From an uncultured bacterium (GTDB taxonomy: Bacteria; Patescibacteriota; Minisyncoccia; Moranbacterales; UBA2206), in assembly GCA_903937035.1 (NCBI GenBank), contig CAIZXS010000004.1:4693-68692 (forward strand): a DNA stretch of 64,000 bases. Direction: 5' to 3'. The position numbers and the translations under genes were made by a program. Under the pieces are notes generated by a model. That model had not been told where the DNA came from and made no database searches. It saw only the letters and a program-made list of their open reading frames with translations. Positions 18,815 through 28,398 of this stretch are shown piece after piece (positions within the stretch are counted from its first letter, which is position 1; each line of letters opens with the position of its first letter).

Positions 18815-21634
18815 ATGAAAGAAAGTTTTGCATTTAATAATCAACCAGCAGCTAAAAAAAATAAAATAATTGAGTTCCCTCAAACTGAGGAAAAAAGAAA
18901 GCAGCTTGAACTTGCTAAGGCAAAATCTGGAATGGCTAGCGGTGAAAAAAAACACATTGGCGTCGATGCAGAAACTGATATGATTAGAAAAAAAGGTGAT
19001 GAGGTTCAAGAAGGTGCTTTCGCGGCTTATCAAGGAGAGGACACGCAGGAAGTGGCAGTCGAGCCAGTTTCAAAAGGCATTGACGCAAAGACGGATCACA
19101 TCAGGAGAGATGCTGATGATATGCAGGAAAATGCTTTCGCAGCTTATCAGGTGGAGGATGCTGAAAATGGGACAAAAACTGATCCAGTTTCGAGAGGTAT
19201 CGATGCGAAGGCAGATATCATTAGAAGAGAGGATGATGAAATGCAAGGAAGCGCTTTTGCGGCCTATCAAGAAGAGGCTGGCGATACTGGCAAGAAAAAA
19301 ACTGATGGTGTTAAGCCTGAAGCAGATATCATTAGAAGAGAGGATGATGAAATGCAGGAGGGTGCTTTTGCAGCTTATCGAGGGGAGGTTGGTGATATTA
19401 TTCCTGCTGGAGAAAAAGAGAAGACTGACGCCAAGAGAGAGGCTCGGAAAGATATGGGCAGAAAAATTGGCAAGAGCATGGAGGAAAAGGACGATGGTCG
19501 GTTTAAGATGGGCGAAGAAAAAGAGTATAGCCCTGAAGAGCAAGAAAAGCTTGGCAAGCTCGAAGAGCTGACGATTTTAGTGGAAGAAAAAAGAAAGGCC
19601 TATGCCGCTGAGGATTATAGGACAACAAATATTTTCACAAAGCTCAAAAGCGTGCTGGGCATGAAGACTGAAAATTTACCGACTGGTGCCAAGGATTCAT
19701 TTGCTTATCAGCAATATCAGGGAGCATTGAATGAGTTGCGAAATTTACAAATCCAGACGCTGCGAGATAAATATGCCAACATGGATAATTTGCCACCAAC
19801 TGAAAAAGCGGCGGCGATGACGGAAATGAAAAAAGAGATGGGCGAGATGGCGACATATTTTGGATTCACCGAGAAACTTGATTTAGCGGGAGCAAGGACG
19901 GATGCGCGAACAGCAGCTTGGTCAGAAACGAAGATGGGAAGATTTGGAGAGAAAGCTTTGAAATGGAGCGCTGAACGGATTAACGAATACCGCAAGTTGG
20001 ATCCAAAAATTAAAATGGCTATTGCGATAACTCTTTTCTCGGTTGGAGGTATCGCCGCATTTACGGGATCAGCTGGTGTAGTGGCTGGTGTGGCTGGTGT
20101 GAACTTAGTTCGCAGATGGCTTGGCGGTGCGGCACTTGGCGCTGGAATAACAGAGGGCATGGAGGCACGTTCAAGGAACAAGGTGAGCAAAAAAGCAGAA
20201 AAAGACAAGCATGAAATGACGGGAAATGTGGAAAGAAGTTTGCAAGAGCAAATTCAGGCGCTTAATGAATATTGTGGTAAGGAAATGAAGACCTATCATG
20301 ATGGTTTGCAAAAAGAGAAGAGTCAAGCGAGAAACAGAAAATTAATTGGAATGAGCGCTGGTGTTGCAGTGGGATCGGGGGCAGCCGGGTGGCTTATCGG
20401 GAAGGGATTTGGTCTCGTGAAAGATGGGGCAACTAGTCTTTGGGAGCATGTGAATGTGGGTGGCGCAGATGAATCTGGAGGGCTAGCTTTTGCTAGTGAA
20501 CCGGCGCCGGTCGAAGTCAGCACGAATCCTATCGACCATGCAGATTCTGCTCATGAAGCGACGCATGCTGGGGCGTCTGATGGTGACAGGTTTGGTTCGG
20601 CTGAGGTGCCAGTGTCAACACATGGGGCCTCTGAGTATGTCGCAGCAAAGGGCGATAGTGTTGAGAGGATAATGATAAATCAGAAAATTGCCGAAGGCAT
20701 GAGCCCTCATGACGCAGAAACATTGGCTCATCAGATAGCGTCAAATCCTGATAATGAAGAAACTCTTAAAGAGCTGGGTAAAATTAAACCGGGACAGAAG
20801 GTTATCGTTGATTGGGAAAAGGGAACTGTTAAGGTGGATCGCATCCTTAGTGCTCATATCAACAATCCAGATGCGCATGCAGAAGGAGCAGGGGTTCATC
20901 AGCCTTCGGTTGAAAAAGCGATTCCGGTTGGGCCAGATGTCAGCGCCACTTCAGAAGCACCAATCTCCGCAGGTGTAGGGCCAGATGTGGAACCTCATTC
21001 CAGTTCGGTTGACAGTGGTGTGGGTACGCAAGAGGGAGTAGAAAATGGTAGTCCGGACTCAAGTGCACAATCACATGCTTCGGCTGATGGAGATCGAATG
21101 CATCAAGAATTAAGCAATGAGTATCAAAAAGTTTACGGCAAGGGTGGCGCTGAAATATTAAGAAATATTCAGTCGATGCCGGAATCTATGCAAGCCCACA
21201 GAGAGGAACTACTAGATCTTGGTAGATTAAAGGTTGCAGCGGAAGAGGCATACACAAGAGCTGTGGGTGATACTAGTGATGTCAGTGGCGCAAGAGCGGC
21301 AGCGCTCGAATCAGCTAAAGTTGGTTATGAAAAGGCTTACGCGAAGGCCTTTAATTCACTTGCCAGAGAGACTTTTGCTGGACAGCAGATTGAAGGTGGG
21401 GTAGCGGGGCTAAAAGCTGTTGGGGCGGCTGAATTTTTGAGTAGCGAAAATGGACAGAGTTCAAAGCTCGTAGAATTGAAGGGCTATGTGGCCAAGCAAT
21501 TTGGAACTAATTTTTCTAATCCACGTCCCGGAGAGAATATGTTTTCTTGGACAACTAGAATGATTAAGTCATCGCTCGAAGCTGGCGGCGTAGAATATAA
21601 AAACTTTAAGTTGTTAGATCGTGGCGGGAAATAG
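18815..21634 (+). CDS. 939-aa protein with acidic N-terminal repeats, Gly/Ala-rich hydrophobic hairpin and LysM-like segment
   Basis: 4 repeats G.DA..D.IRR..D.MQE.AFAAYQ; hydrophobic stretch aa ~400-445; YVAAKGDSV...IKPGQKV. Confidence 0.75.
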   Translation: MKESFAFNNQPAAKKNKIIEFPQTEEKRKQLELAKAKSGMASGEKKHIGVDAETDMIRKKGDEVQEGAFAAYQGEDTQEVAVEPVSKGIDAKTDHIRRDADDMQENAFAAYQVEDAENGTKTDPVSRGIDAKADIIRREDDEMQGSAFAAYQEEAGDTGKKKTDGVKPEADIIRREDDEMQEGAFAAYRGEVGDIIPAGEKEKTDAKREARKDMGRKIGKSMEEKDDGRFKMGEEKEYSPEEQEKLGKLEELTILVEEKRKAYAAEDYRTTNIFTKLKSVLGMKTENLPTGAKDSFAYQQYQGALNELRNLQIQTLRDKYANMDNLPPTEKAAAMTEMKKEMGEMATYFGFTEKLDLAGARTDARTAAWSETKMGRFGEKALKWSAERINEYRKLDPKIKMAIAITLFSVGGIAAFTGSAGVVAGVAGVNLVRRWLGGAALGAGITEGMEARSRNKVSKKAEKDKHEMTGNVERSLQEQIQALNEYCGKEMKTYHDGLQKEKSQARNRKLIGMSAGVAVGSGAAGWLIGKGFGLVKDGATSLWEHVNVGGADESGGLAFASEPAPVEVSTNPIDHADSAHEATHAGASDGDRFGSAEVPVSTHGASEYVAAKGDSVERIMINQKIAEGMSPHDAETLAHQIASNPDNEETLKELGKIKPGQKVIVDWEKGTVKVDRILSAHINNPDAHAEGAGVHQPSVEKAIPVGPDVSATSEAPISAGVGPDVEPHSSSVDSGVGTQEGVENGSPDSSAQSHASADGDRMHQELSNEYQKVYGKGGAEILRNIQSMPESMQAHREELLDLGRLKVAAEEAYTRAVGDTSDVSGARAAALESAKVGYEKAYAKAFNSLARETFAGQQIEGGVAGLKAVGAAEFLSSENGQSSKLVELKGYVAKQFGTNFSNPRPGENMFSWTTRMIKSSLEAGGVEYKNFKLLDRGGK
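18956..19390 (+). repeat. four intragenic tandem repeats, period ~114-120 bp
   Basis: GCAGATATCATTAGAAGAGAGGATGATGAAATGCA is identical in copies 3 and 4. Confidence 0.85.
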
Positions 21635-21714
21635 GCTTTTTTGCTAAAAAATAAAAAGTTCAATTTAAAAAATTAATCTTACTCGCCGAATTATTTGGCG
21701 GTAACAAAAATAAG

Positions 21715-22014
21715 ATGACAGATCAAGCGCAATTGCAAAAGGAGTTGTTAGAAGAATTGGGACTGGCGAGTCTTCCGCCAGACAAGCAAGAAGAGATTCT
21801 GATTAAAATGACGGAAGTCCTGTTGAAGCGAATTTTCGTGGAAACAATGGAGAAGTTGAGTGAGGCAGATCGTGAGATGTACGAGAAGATGGTTGATGAA
21901 AAAAGCGAACCAGAAAAGATTGGTGAATTTCTAAAGGAAAAAGTATTAAATTATGATGAAATGGTGCAAAAGATTATTGCTGATTTTAAAGAAGAAATGA
22001 AGAAAGTGGAGTAG
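21715..22014 (+). CDS. small acidic helical protein (DUF5663-like, CPR-type)
   Basis: ELLEELGLASLPPDKQEEIL pattern. Confidence 0.7.
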   Translation: MTDQAQLQKELLEELGLASLPPDKQEEILIKMTEVLLKRIFVETMEKLSEADREMYEKMVDEKSEPEKIGEFLKEKVLNYDEMVQKIIADFKEEMKKVE

Positions 22015-22039
22015 CTAATATTTTTTTAAGTATAATTTT

Positions 22040-22480
22040 ATGTTAGAGCCAATTGAAGATGGAGATTTGGATTTGAAAAATAAGTTCATAAAAGGTGGGA
22101 TTGAGGGTGAAAAGAGAGTTGTGTCAAACTTACCTAAAGATGATTCGGAAATTATTCCAACTCCAGAAGCGCCAGAAAGAAAAGAGGGAAGGGTGGAGCG
22201 GGATGATACCTATGCCAAGATTCTTGCTAAGGTGAAGAGCTCTAATCCTGCGGCCCAGAGTGATGTTTCGGCGGATGCCAAAATAGCTGGTGAAGGAACG
22301 GACTATGAAAATAAAATTATAAAATTAGTTGAATTAGCTGAGGCAAAGGGTGTTGTGCACGCAGTCAAGGTGGCACAACACATGGAGGATAATTATTTGC
22401 TTGACGAATTGCATGATCGACTTCTAGCGACAGATTTGCATGACGCGTTGGTAAAGAAAGGGATGATTGTGGAAGAATAA
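22040..22480 (+). CDS. conserved hypothetical protein
   Basis: C-terminal LVELAEAKGVVHAVKVA...YLLDELHD.L; operonic spacing. Confidence 0.75.
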   Translation: MLEPIEDGDLDLKNKFIKGGIEGEKRVVSNLPKDDSEIIPTPEAPERKEGRVERDDTYAKILAKVKSSNPAAQSDVSADAKIAGEGTDYENKIIKLVELAEAKGVVHAVKVAQHMEDNYLLDELHDRLLATDLHDALVKKGMIVEE

Positions 22481-22483
22481 CTT

Positions 22484-22961
22484 CCGAACCATGATTCGTC
22501 TGATTAATTGAGGGGCTATGATTTTTCAAGGGAATGATTATTGAGGAGAAATATAAATATTCGGATTTGACGGGTAAAATTATCGGCGCAGCAATGGAGG
22601 TGCACAAGATTTTGGGTAATGGTTTCCAGGAGGTTATCTATCAAAGAGCGCTAGCAATTGAATTAGATAATCAGAATTTGTCTTTCGTTCGAGAACAAGA
22701 AATGCAAATTGAGTATAAATGCCAAGAAATTGGGCTAAGAAGAGTTGATTTTTTTGTTGAAAAGAAGGTGATGGTGGAAATTAAAGCGTTAATTCAGCTT
22801 GAGGATGTGCATTTGGCTCAAGCGATTAATTATCTGGAGGCGTACAATCTGGAAATAGGTTTGCTTATAAATTTTGGTTCAAAAAGTTTACAGTTTAAGA
22901 GGCTGATGAGAAAAATTAAGAAATCATAGCCTATCAAATAATCATTTTAATCATAGTTCAA
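22484..22961. mobile_element. GxxExxY cassette bounded by ~40-bp imperfect inverted repeats
   Basis: 22486-22524 versus 22921-22959: 31/39 complementary. Confidence 0.6.
22534..22929 (+). CDS. GxxExxY family protein (PD-(D/E)xK-like fold)
   Basis: IIGAAMEVH..LGNGFQEVIYQRAL, RVDF.VE..V.VEIKA, GLLINFG. Confidence 0.93.
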   Translation: MIIEEKYKYSDLTGKIIGAAMEVHKILGNGFQEVIYQRALAIELDNQNLSFVREQEMQIEYKCQEIGLRRVDFFVEKKVMVEIKALIQLEDVHLAQAINYLEAYNLEIGLLINFGSKSLQFKRLMRKIKKS

Positions 22962-22968
22962 GATAATT

Positions 22969-25428
22969 ATGGATTACGCATGGCTTATTAGTAGTGTGCT
23001 TTTGGTTTCAGGAATAGCGACTTTGCTTAGTGGCGCTTGGCTTGTTGTAGCAAGCTTTTTGGGTTTTCGCGCTCAGGTCAATCAATCAATGAATCTGGAT
23101 CTTGATGTGATTCGCGTTTCAAAAATCAATAAGAGTGAGGAGGAAAAAACCAAAGAAGGGGAAAATTGGAAAGGCGAGATTGGAGCGATGGAGCAAATGC
23201 TTACGGCTTTTTCCTCAATTAGGGACACGCGGAGTTTTTTCAAAAAGCTGCTCTATGGTTCGCCTGCAATCTCATTGGAGATTGCTAATTCTTCCAAGAG
23301 TGAGGAAATCGTTTTTTTTATTGCGGTGCCAAGAAAATTTAGGGAAAATATCGAAAAACAGATTCATAGTTTTTTCCCATATGCATCTTTGGAAAAGACA
23401 ACTGATTTCAATATTTTTTTTCCTGGGAGTAAGACTGAGGCGTCAATTATTAAGTTGAAAAATAAATTCGCTTTGCCGATTCGTACCTATGAAAATCAAG
23501 AAATGGATCCGCTAAATGCCATTGCTAATGCACTTAGCAAGCTTGATACCGTGAGCGAGGGAGCAGCAATTCAATTAGTCTTGCGGCCAGCTGGAACGGC
23601 TTGGCGCGGAGAAGGGCGGCGCATTGCTCATGAGATGCAGCAAGGGAAAAGACTGCGCGATGTTGATAAATCTTTTATGGCAAAAGTGGGAAGTGAGCTT
23701 GGTTCTGCGGCGCTATCCGTTATCACTCCTACAAAAAAAGACGATCCAATGTCGGGGGATAAAAAAAATGTGCAGCTTACTCCAGAAGAACAAGAGTTGG
23801 TGAAGGGAATTGAAAAAAAAGCCTCAAAAACCGGATTTGAAACTAATATTCGTTTAGTGACGTCGGCTGCGACAAGCGAGCGAGCTCAGGAAATTTTAGC
23901 GCATCTTGAAAATGCTTTTGCGCAATATGAAAATGCGGATATAAATTGTTTCCAAGTGCAAAGAAAGAACAAGAAGGTAATTGCTTTTGATTTTATCTTC
24001 CGCAACTTTAAATCGGAAGAAAAAATGATTCTGGGAGTCGAGGAGATTTCTAGCATTTTTCATATTCCAATCTCCACCACTGAAGCGCCAAAAATTAAAT
24101 GGCTCAAAGCGAACGCTGCTCCACCTCCAGTTGGTATTCCTACTGAAGGGATACTTATTGGTTTTAATGAATATCGCGGAGCAAAAACAGACATTCGCCT
24201 AACAGAGAATGATCGAAGAAGACATCTCTATGCCATTGGCCAGACTGGAACGGGAAAGACAACCATTTTACAGGAAATGGCCAAGCAGGATGCCAAGGAA
24301 GGACGAGGATTTTGTTTTATTGATCCGCACGGTGATGCGATTGAGGATATTTTGGCTTGCATTCCCAAGGAGCGCGCCCAGGATGTGGTCGTATTTGATC
24401 CATCGGATGTTGAGCGGCCATTTGGGCTTAATATGCTCGAATATGACCCAGCCTTTCCAGAACAGATGACTTTTGTGATTAATGAAATGATTGGCATTTT
24501 CGATCAGCTCTATGACCTCAAAGCGACAGGCGGACCGATGTTTGAGCAATATATGCGCAATGCGATGTTTCTTGTGATGAGTGACCCGGATTCAGGATCG
24601 ACTTTAATGGAAATTTCCAAAGTGATGGCGGATGAGGATTTTCGTGCAATGAAACTTTCCAAATGTACCAATCAAACAGTGATAGATTTTTGGACCAAGG
24701 AAGCGGAGAAAGCCGGCGGTGAAGCGGCACTGGCTAATATGGTGCCCTACATCACCTCCAAGCTGACGCCGTTTATTTCCAATGACATGATGCGTCCGAT
24801 TATCTCTCAACAAAAAAGCACGATCAATTTTCGCGATATCATGGATAATAAGAAAATTTTGCTTGTTGCTCTTTCTAAGGGAAAAATCGGGGAAATTAAT
24901 GCGCGACTTTTAGGCATGGTGATTGTGGGAAAAATTTTGATGTCAGCGCTTGCGCGTACAAATATTCCGGAAAATGATCGTGTTGATTTTTATTTATATC
25001 TCGATGAGTTTCAAAATGTCACAACGAATTCTATCGCGCAAATTCTATCCGAGGCGAGAAAATATCGACTCTGTCTTAATATTGCCCATCAATTTATTGC
25101 TCAGCTCAAGGAAGAGATTTCAAAGGCTGTGTTTGGGAATATTGGTTCTATGATTCTTTATCGTGTTGGCCCGGAAGATGCGGAATTCCTAGAGAAGCAA
25201 GTGGCGCCGACTTTTACGCGGAATGATTTGGTGAATGTGGATAATCACAAGGGATTTGCCAAGGTTCTGATTGATGGCGTGCTTACTAAGCCTTTTAATA
25301 TTCAGGGTTTTCCTCCGACCAGAGGTGACCAGGAAGTGGCTAATGCTATCAAGGAACTCTCGCGACTCACCTATGGTCGCGACCGGCACGTTGTCAATCA
25401 AGAGATTATCGCTCGGACGAGATTTTAG
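22969..25428 (+). CDS. membrane-anchored VirD4/TraD/TrwB-like (HerA-FtsK superfamily) coupling ATPase
   Basis: N-terminal TM; RRRHLYAIGQTGTGKT Walker A, FIDPHGD, LYLDEFQN Walker B, SEARKY. Confidence 0.88.
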   Translation: MDYAWLISSVLLVSGIATLLSGAWLVVASFLGFRAQVNQSMNLDLDVIRVSKINKSEEEKTKEGENWKGEIGAMEQMLTAFSSIRDTRSFFKKLLYGSPAISLEIANSSKSEEIVFFIAVPRKFRENIEKQIHSFFPYASLEKTTDFNIFFPGSKTEASIIKLKNKFALPIRTYENQEMDPLNAIANALSKLDTVSEGAAIQLVLRPAGTAWRGEGRRIAHEMQQGKRLRDVDKSFMAKVGSELGSAALSVITPTKKDDPMSGDKKNVQLTPEEQELVKGIEKKASKTGFETNIRLVTSAATSERAQEILAHLENAFAQYENADINCFQVQRKNKKVIAFDFIFRNFKSEEKMILGVEEISSIFHIPISTTEAPKIKWLKANAAPPPVGIPTEGILIGFNEYRGAKTDIRLTENDRRRHLYAIGQTGTGKTTILQEMAKQDAKEGRGFCFIDPHGDAIEDILACIPKERAQDVVVFDPSDVERPFGLNMLEYDPAFPEQMTFVINEMIGIFDQLYDLKATGGPMFEQYMRNAMFLVMSDPDSGSTLMEISKVMADEDFRAMKLSKCTNQTVIDFWTKEAEKAGGEAALANMVPYITSKLTPFISNDMMRPIISQQKSTINFRDIMDNKKILLVALSKGKIGEINARLLGMVIVGKILMSALARTNIPENDRVDFYLYLDEFQNVTTNSIAQILSEARKYRLCLNIAHQFIAQLKEEISKAVFGNIGSMILYRVGPEDAEFLEKQVAPTFTRNDLVNVDNHKGFAKVLIDGVLTKPFNIQGFPPTRGDQEVANAIKELSRLTYGRDRHVVNQEIIARTRF

Positions 25429-25462
25429 AAAATGTTTATTTTTAGTCGGTTATTTATAGACA

Positions 25463-25604
25463 TAGGACTTACGTGTTTGCCAAATAATTATTATTGAAAG
25501 CGACACTTTTCCCTTTTAGTTAGTTTGTTGCTGGTTTACCAAAAGCTTTTTCAGCTAAATAAGCTATGCGTGCGAATAATTCTTCGATAAGCGCGTAAGT
25601 CGTG
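25463..25604. mobile_element. MITE-like element, GACTTACGC family, copy 2
   Basis: TAGGACTTACGTGTTTGCCAAA ... GCGCGTAAGTCGTG, 142 bp. Confidence 0.65.
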
Positions 25605-25624
25605 AGATAAAAATAAAACTAATG

Positions 25625-25665
25625 AAAAAACAGGAACGAGCTATGAGCTCCGTTCCTGTTTTTTT
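25625..25665. terminator. bidirectional terminator between convergent genes
   Basis: AAAAAACAGGAACG-AGCT..AGCT-CCGTTCCTGTTTTTTT. Confidence 0.75.
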
Positions 25666-25677
25666 AAAAGATGCTAA

Positions 25678-28167
25678 TTACTGATTTATTGCGAAACTCT
25701 TTATTCCGTTCGTATCTGAGAGGTAAACCAAGTTAGTCTTTTCGCTGACTGAGAAGTTGATTGTATCGGCAATACTCGCATTATAGTATTGGGCGAGGAT
25801 TTTTCCGTCACCATCTAACTTTATTATTCTTGCGTTGGTTTTGTCTAGGATATATAGGTTGGTGCTCGTATTTTGGGCGTAGAGTTTATCTGGTGAGATT
25901 GGTGTTACAGTTTTTTCTGGTGTGTAGGGCTGATTTTTTCCGCGGAATAATTTTAGGATATTTTGGCCGTTTATGACGAAGATATTTTCATTAATGGCGA
26001 GGCTTTTGGCACCGGATAGGTCTAGGGTTTCTTTTAGCCAGGTGCTTTTTTCGCCAAAGCCACCTTCAGCTCTTGGGTAGCGATAAATTTGATTATTATT
26101 TCCATCAAGAAGGTATAGGTAGGTGAGGTAGGTCTTAGCATCAGCTATTTTGGCTTTTTCGGGAAAAGCGATGGAATTAGCTTGGAATTTCCCTGAAGTA
26201 GGCGCGAGAGATGTGACTTTATTATTTTTAACAATAAAAATTAAATTTAAATCGTCCATTCCGAGCGATAATTCCGGATTTTGGAAGTTTGAAGAAAGCG
26301 GAAAACTTTTCTTCGTTTCCAGGTCAATAATTTCTGAGTCTTTTTGGGCGAAAAATTTATCGTTGAGATTTATGATTTGCGCGACGTTTCCGACATAGAT
26401 CTCATTTAATGTTTCAATGCGCTGGACGTTCAAATCATTTTCTAGCGGTAGGATGATTACTGGGATTTCTTCGACAATTTCTGGTTTTTTCTCGACTTTT
26501 CTGTTTTCCAATTTCACAATCCAATATGGGACAACTAGGAGGATGACTAGTGCTGCCAAGGCTGATAGCTTTTGTTTTCGATCAAGGCTTTTTGAAATTT
26601 GTTTTAGACGAGAAAAATTTGGCAGAATTTTTTTTGGCTCAATGAATTGCCCGAGATTTGTGGTCTTTTGCACCGGTGTGGTTGTGATTTTTTGGGGTTC
26701 TGTGTCGGATGAAGTTGGCGAGTTCTCCCAGGGGTATCTTTGATTTTTCGTTTCGTTTTGGTTTTTAATTTTGTGATCGCGCCACTTGTTTTTTAATGAT
26801 TCAATTAGCTGTATGGTGAGATTGGTGGGCTTTCTTAGGATAAAAATTAAGCCATCAGCAGTTTTTTCTTCTAGCCACTCAACTCCTGGCTTTATTTTTT
26901 TTATAAGCGATTCTGCCCTTGCTTTGATTTCTAATTTGGAATATGCATGATTTAATCTTTCTAGTGGGGTGATTCCTGGTTCAGTCTGGTCGAATACTAT
27001 TTTTGATTCATCGAGTTTTGCAGTTTTTTGGTCCAAAAATCCAATTTCTGGAGGAGTTTTTTTAATTTTAATCTGGGAAATTTTAGTGCGGCTCTTCTCC
27101 CAAAATAAGATAGATTGATCTTTTATTGTGCCTGTCGCACTTTTGAGTAACTTTGCAGTTGATTGCCCCAAGTTAGAGAGCTTTTCTTTGAAAAGGGGGA
27201 GTGGGTCAAATTCAATTTTCTCAGCATGATTTTCTTCAGGCGCATTGTGAGTTTCTTTTATATAGATATGTCCAGTTTTTTTATCAACGAAATCTTTTGC
27301 CTCATCTTTGAGCTCTTGGATTATTTCTTGTCTTTCCTTTCTTAAAATATCTTCCTTGGCTCTTTCTTTCTCTAGCATTTTTGGAGAAGATTCTTTTTGA
27401 AAGGCGGTTTGGCTAAAAACATTCACATCTTCCCTTCTTGTAGCTGTTGGGACCTCGGGAAGCTCATCGGTTTTTTCGTCTATATCGATAACGAGAGAGG
27501 CCACCTGGTCAAGTTCGTTGACGAGAGCGGTATTTAGGAACTGGATGAAATTTTCACGTGAAAATTTGAGTGCGCTTTTTTTGATTTCTTCTAGGGAAAA
27601 GATGTCAAAAATTTCTTTTGTAGTGAGCAGTAGTTTGTCATTTTTTTCGATTTTCCCCGAAATGACATCCTGAAAGGTTTTTAAGGGGTTGGAATCGATG
27701 TTTTCATCTTGAATTTCCGTAATCTCGGTGAAGGTATTTCCGCGCAAAAGAAAAGCTGAGGCATTTCCAGTTTGAGAAAGGAGGATGTTATTTTTTTCGA
27801 TTACAGCGCAAATAGCATTGATGCGCCCGATCCAGCCGATATTTTCATGTGTGGCGAGTTTAGCGAGAGCGAGGTTGGCTTTATGCAAGGCTGATTCGAA
27901 GTTTTCAACAGGACCGCGGTTGGCACGGGAAAAATACTCCTTCTTGATGATGGAGATTAGGTAATTTACGACATACGAGGAATCTTCACTTCTGTCGTCA
28001 ATCTGGAAAATTCCCACCAGAGTCCCAAGACTATGATGTGAAATATTTTCTGGCTCTTCGATTAGTATTTCAAGAAATGGTCGACAATCATTTTTTTTGC
28101 AGATTAAAATATCATGAAAGTTTGGTTCCAGATGAGGCATTCTTTTGTCGATTTTTTTTCTGGTCAT
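25678..28167 (-). CDS. degenerate PP2C-like domain, charged linker, TM and C-terminal NHL/beta-propeller
   Basis: FESALHKAN..L, SQTGNASAFLLRG, DKLLLTT (no DG motifs); TM LSALAALVILLVVPYW; YLYLLD..NNQIYRY, LYILD..NARI.KL. Confidence 0.7.
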   Translation of the reverse strand: MTRKKIDKRMPHLEPNFHDILICKKNDCRPFLEILIEEPENISHHSLGTLVGIFQIDDRSEDSSYVVNYLISIIKKEYFSRANRGPVENFESALHKANLALAKLATHENIGWIGRINAICAVIEKNNILLSQTGNASAFLLRGNTFTEITEIQDENIDSNPLKTFQDVISGKIEKNDKLLLTTKEIFDIFSLEEIKKSALKFSRENFIQFLNTALVNELDQVASLVIDIDEKTDELPEVPTATRREDVNVFSQTAFQKESSPKMLEKERAKEDILRKERQEIIQELKDEAKDFVDKKTGHIYIKETHNAPEENHAEKIEFDPLPLFKEKLSNLGQSTAKLLKSATGTIKDQSILFWEKSRTKISQIKIKKTPPEIGFLDQKTAKLDESKIVFDQTEPGITPLERLNHAYSKLEIKARAESLIKKIKPGVEWLEEKTADGLIFILRKPTNLTIQLIESLKNKWRDHKIKNQNETKNQRYPWENSPTSSDTEPQKITTTPVQKTTNLGQFIEPKKILPNFSRLKQISKSLDRKQKLSALAALVILLVVPYWIVKLENRKVEKKPEIVEEIPVIILPLENDLNVQRIETLNEIYVGNVAQIINLNDKFFAQKDSEIIDLETKKSFPLSSNFQNPELSLGMDDLNLIFIVKNNKVTSLAPTSGKFQANSIAFPEKAKIADAKTYLTYLYLLDGNNNQIYRYPRAEGGFGEKSTWLKETLDLSGAKSLAINENIFVINGQNILKLFRGKNQPYTPEKTVTPISPDKLYAQNTSTNLYILDKTNARIIKLDGDGKILAQYYNASIADTINFSVSEKTNLVYLSDTNGIKSFAINQ

Positions 28168-28398
28168 ATTGAAAACTAACAGGAGGCTTGTCTATTAATA
28201 TAATTTAGCATAATTTGGCAAAAAATAGAAATAGCGAGGTAGCCAGAATGAATATTTGGAAGTTTTTGCATTTTATGATATTATGTAGTCATAAGAATGC
28301 GCACTTTTTAGGGTGGGGAATTTCTAGGTGAAGTCAAAAAATAATATAACTTATTATTCGGTATGAAGTTGGGGGGCAACTTCTAGTAAAACAAAAAG

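Noticed and set aside
18956-19390. CRISPR-like repeat-spacer pattern
   Set aside because: Repeats are in-frame, degenerate at synonymous sites, inside a long ORF, and no cas genes are present
22969-25428. Conjugative element/ICE
   Set aside because: No relaxase, integrase, VirB4 or att sites; the neighbours are chromosomal genes
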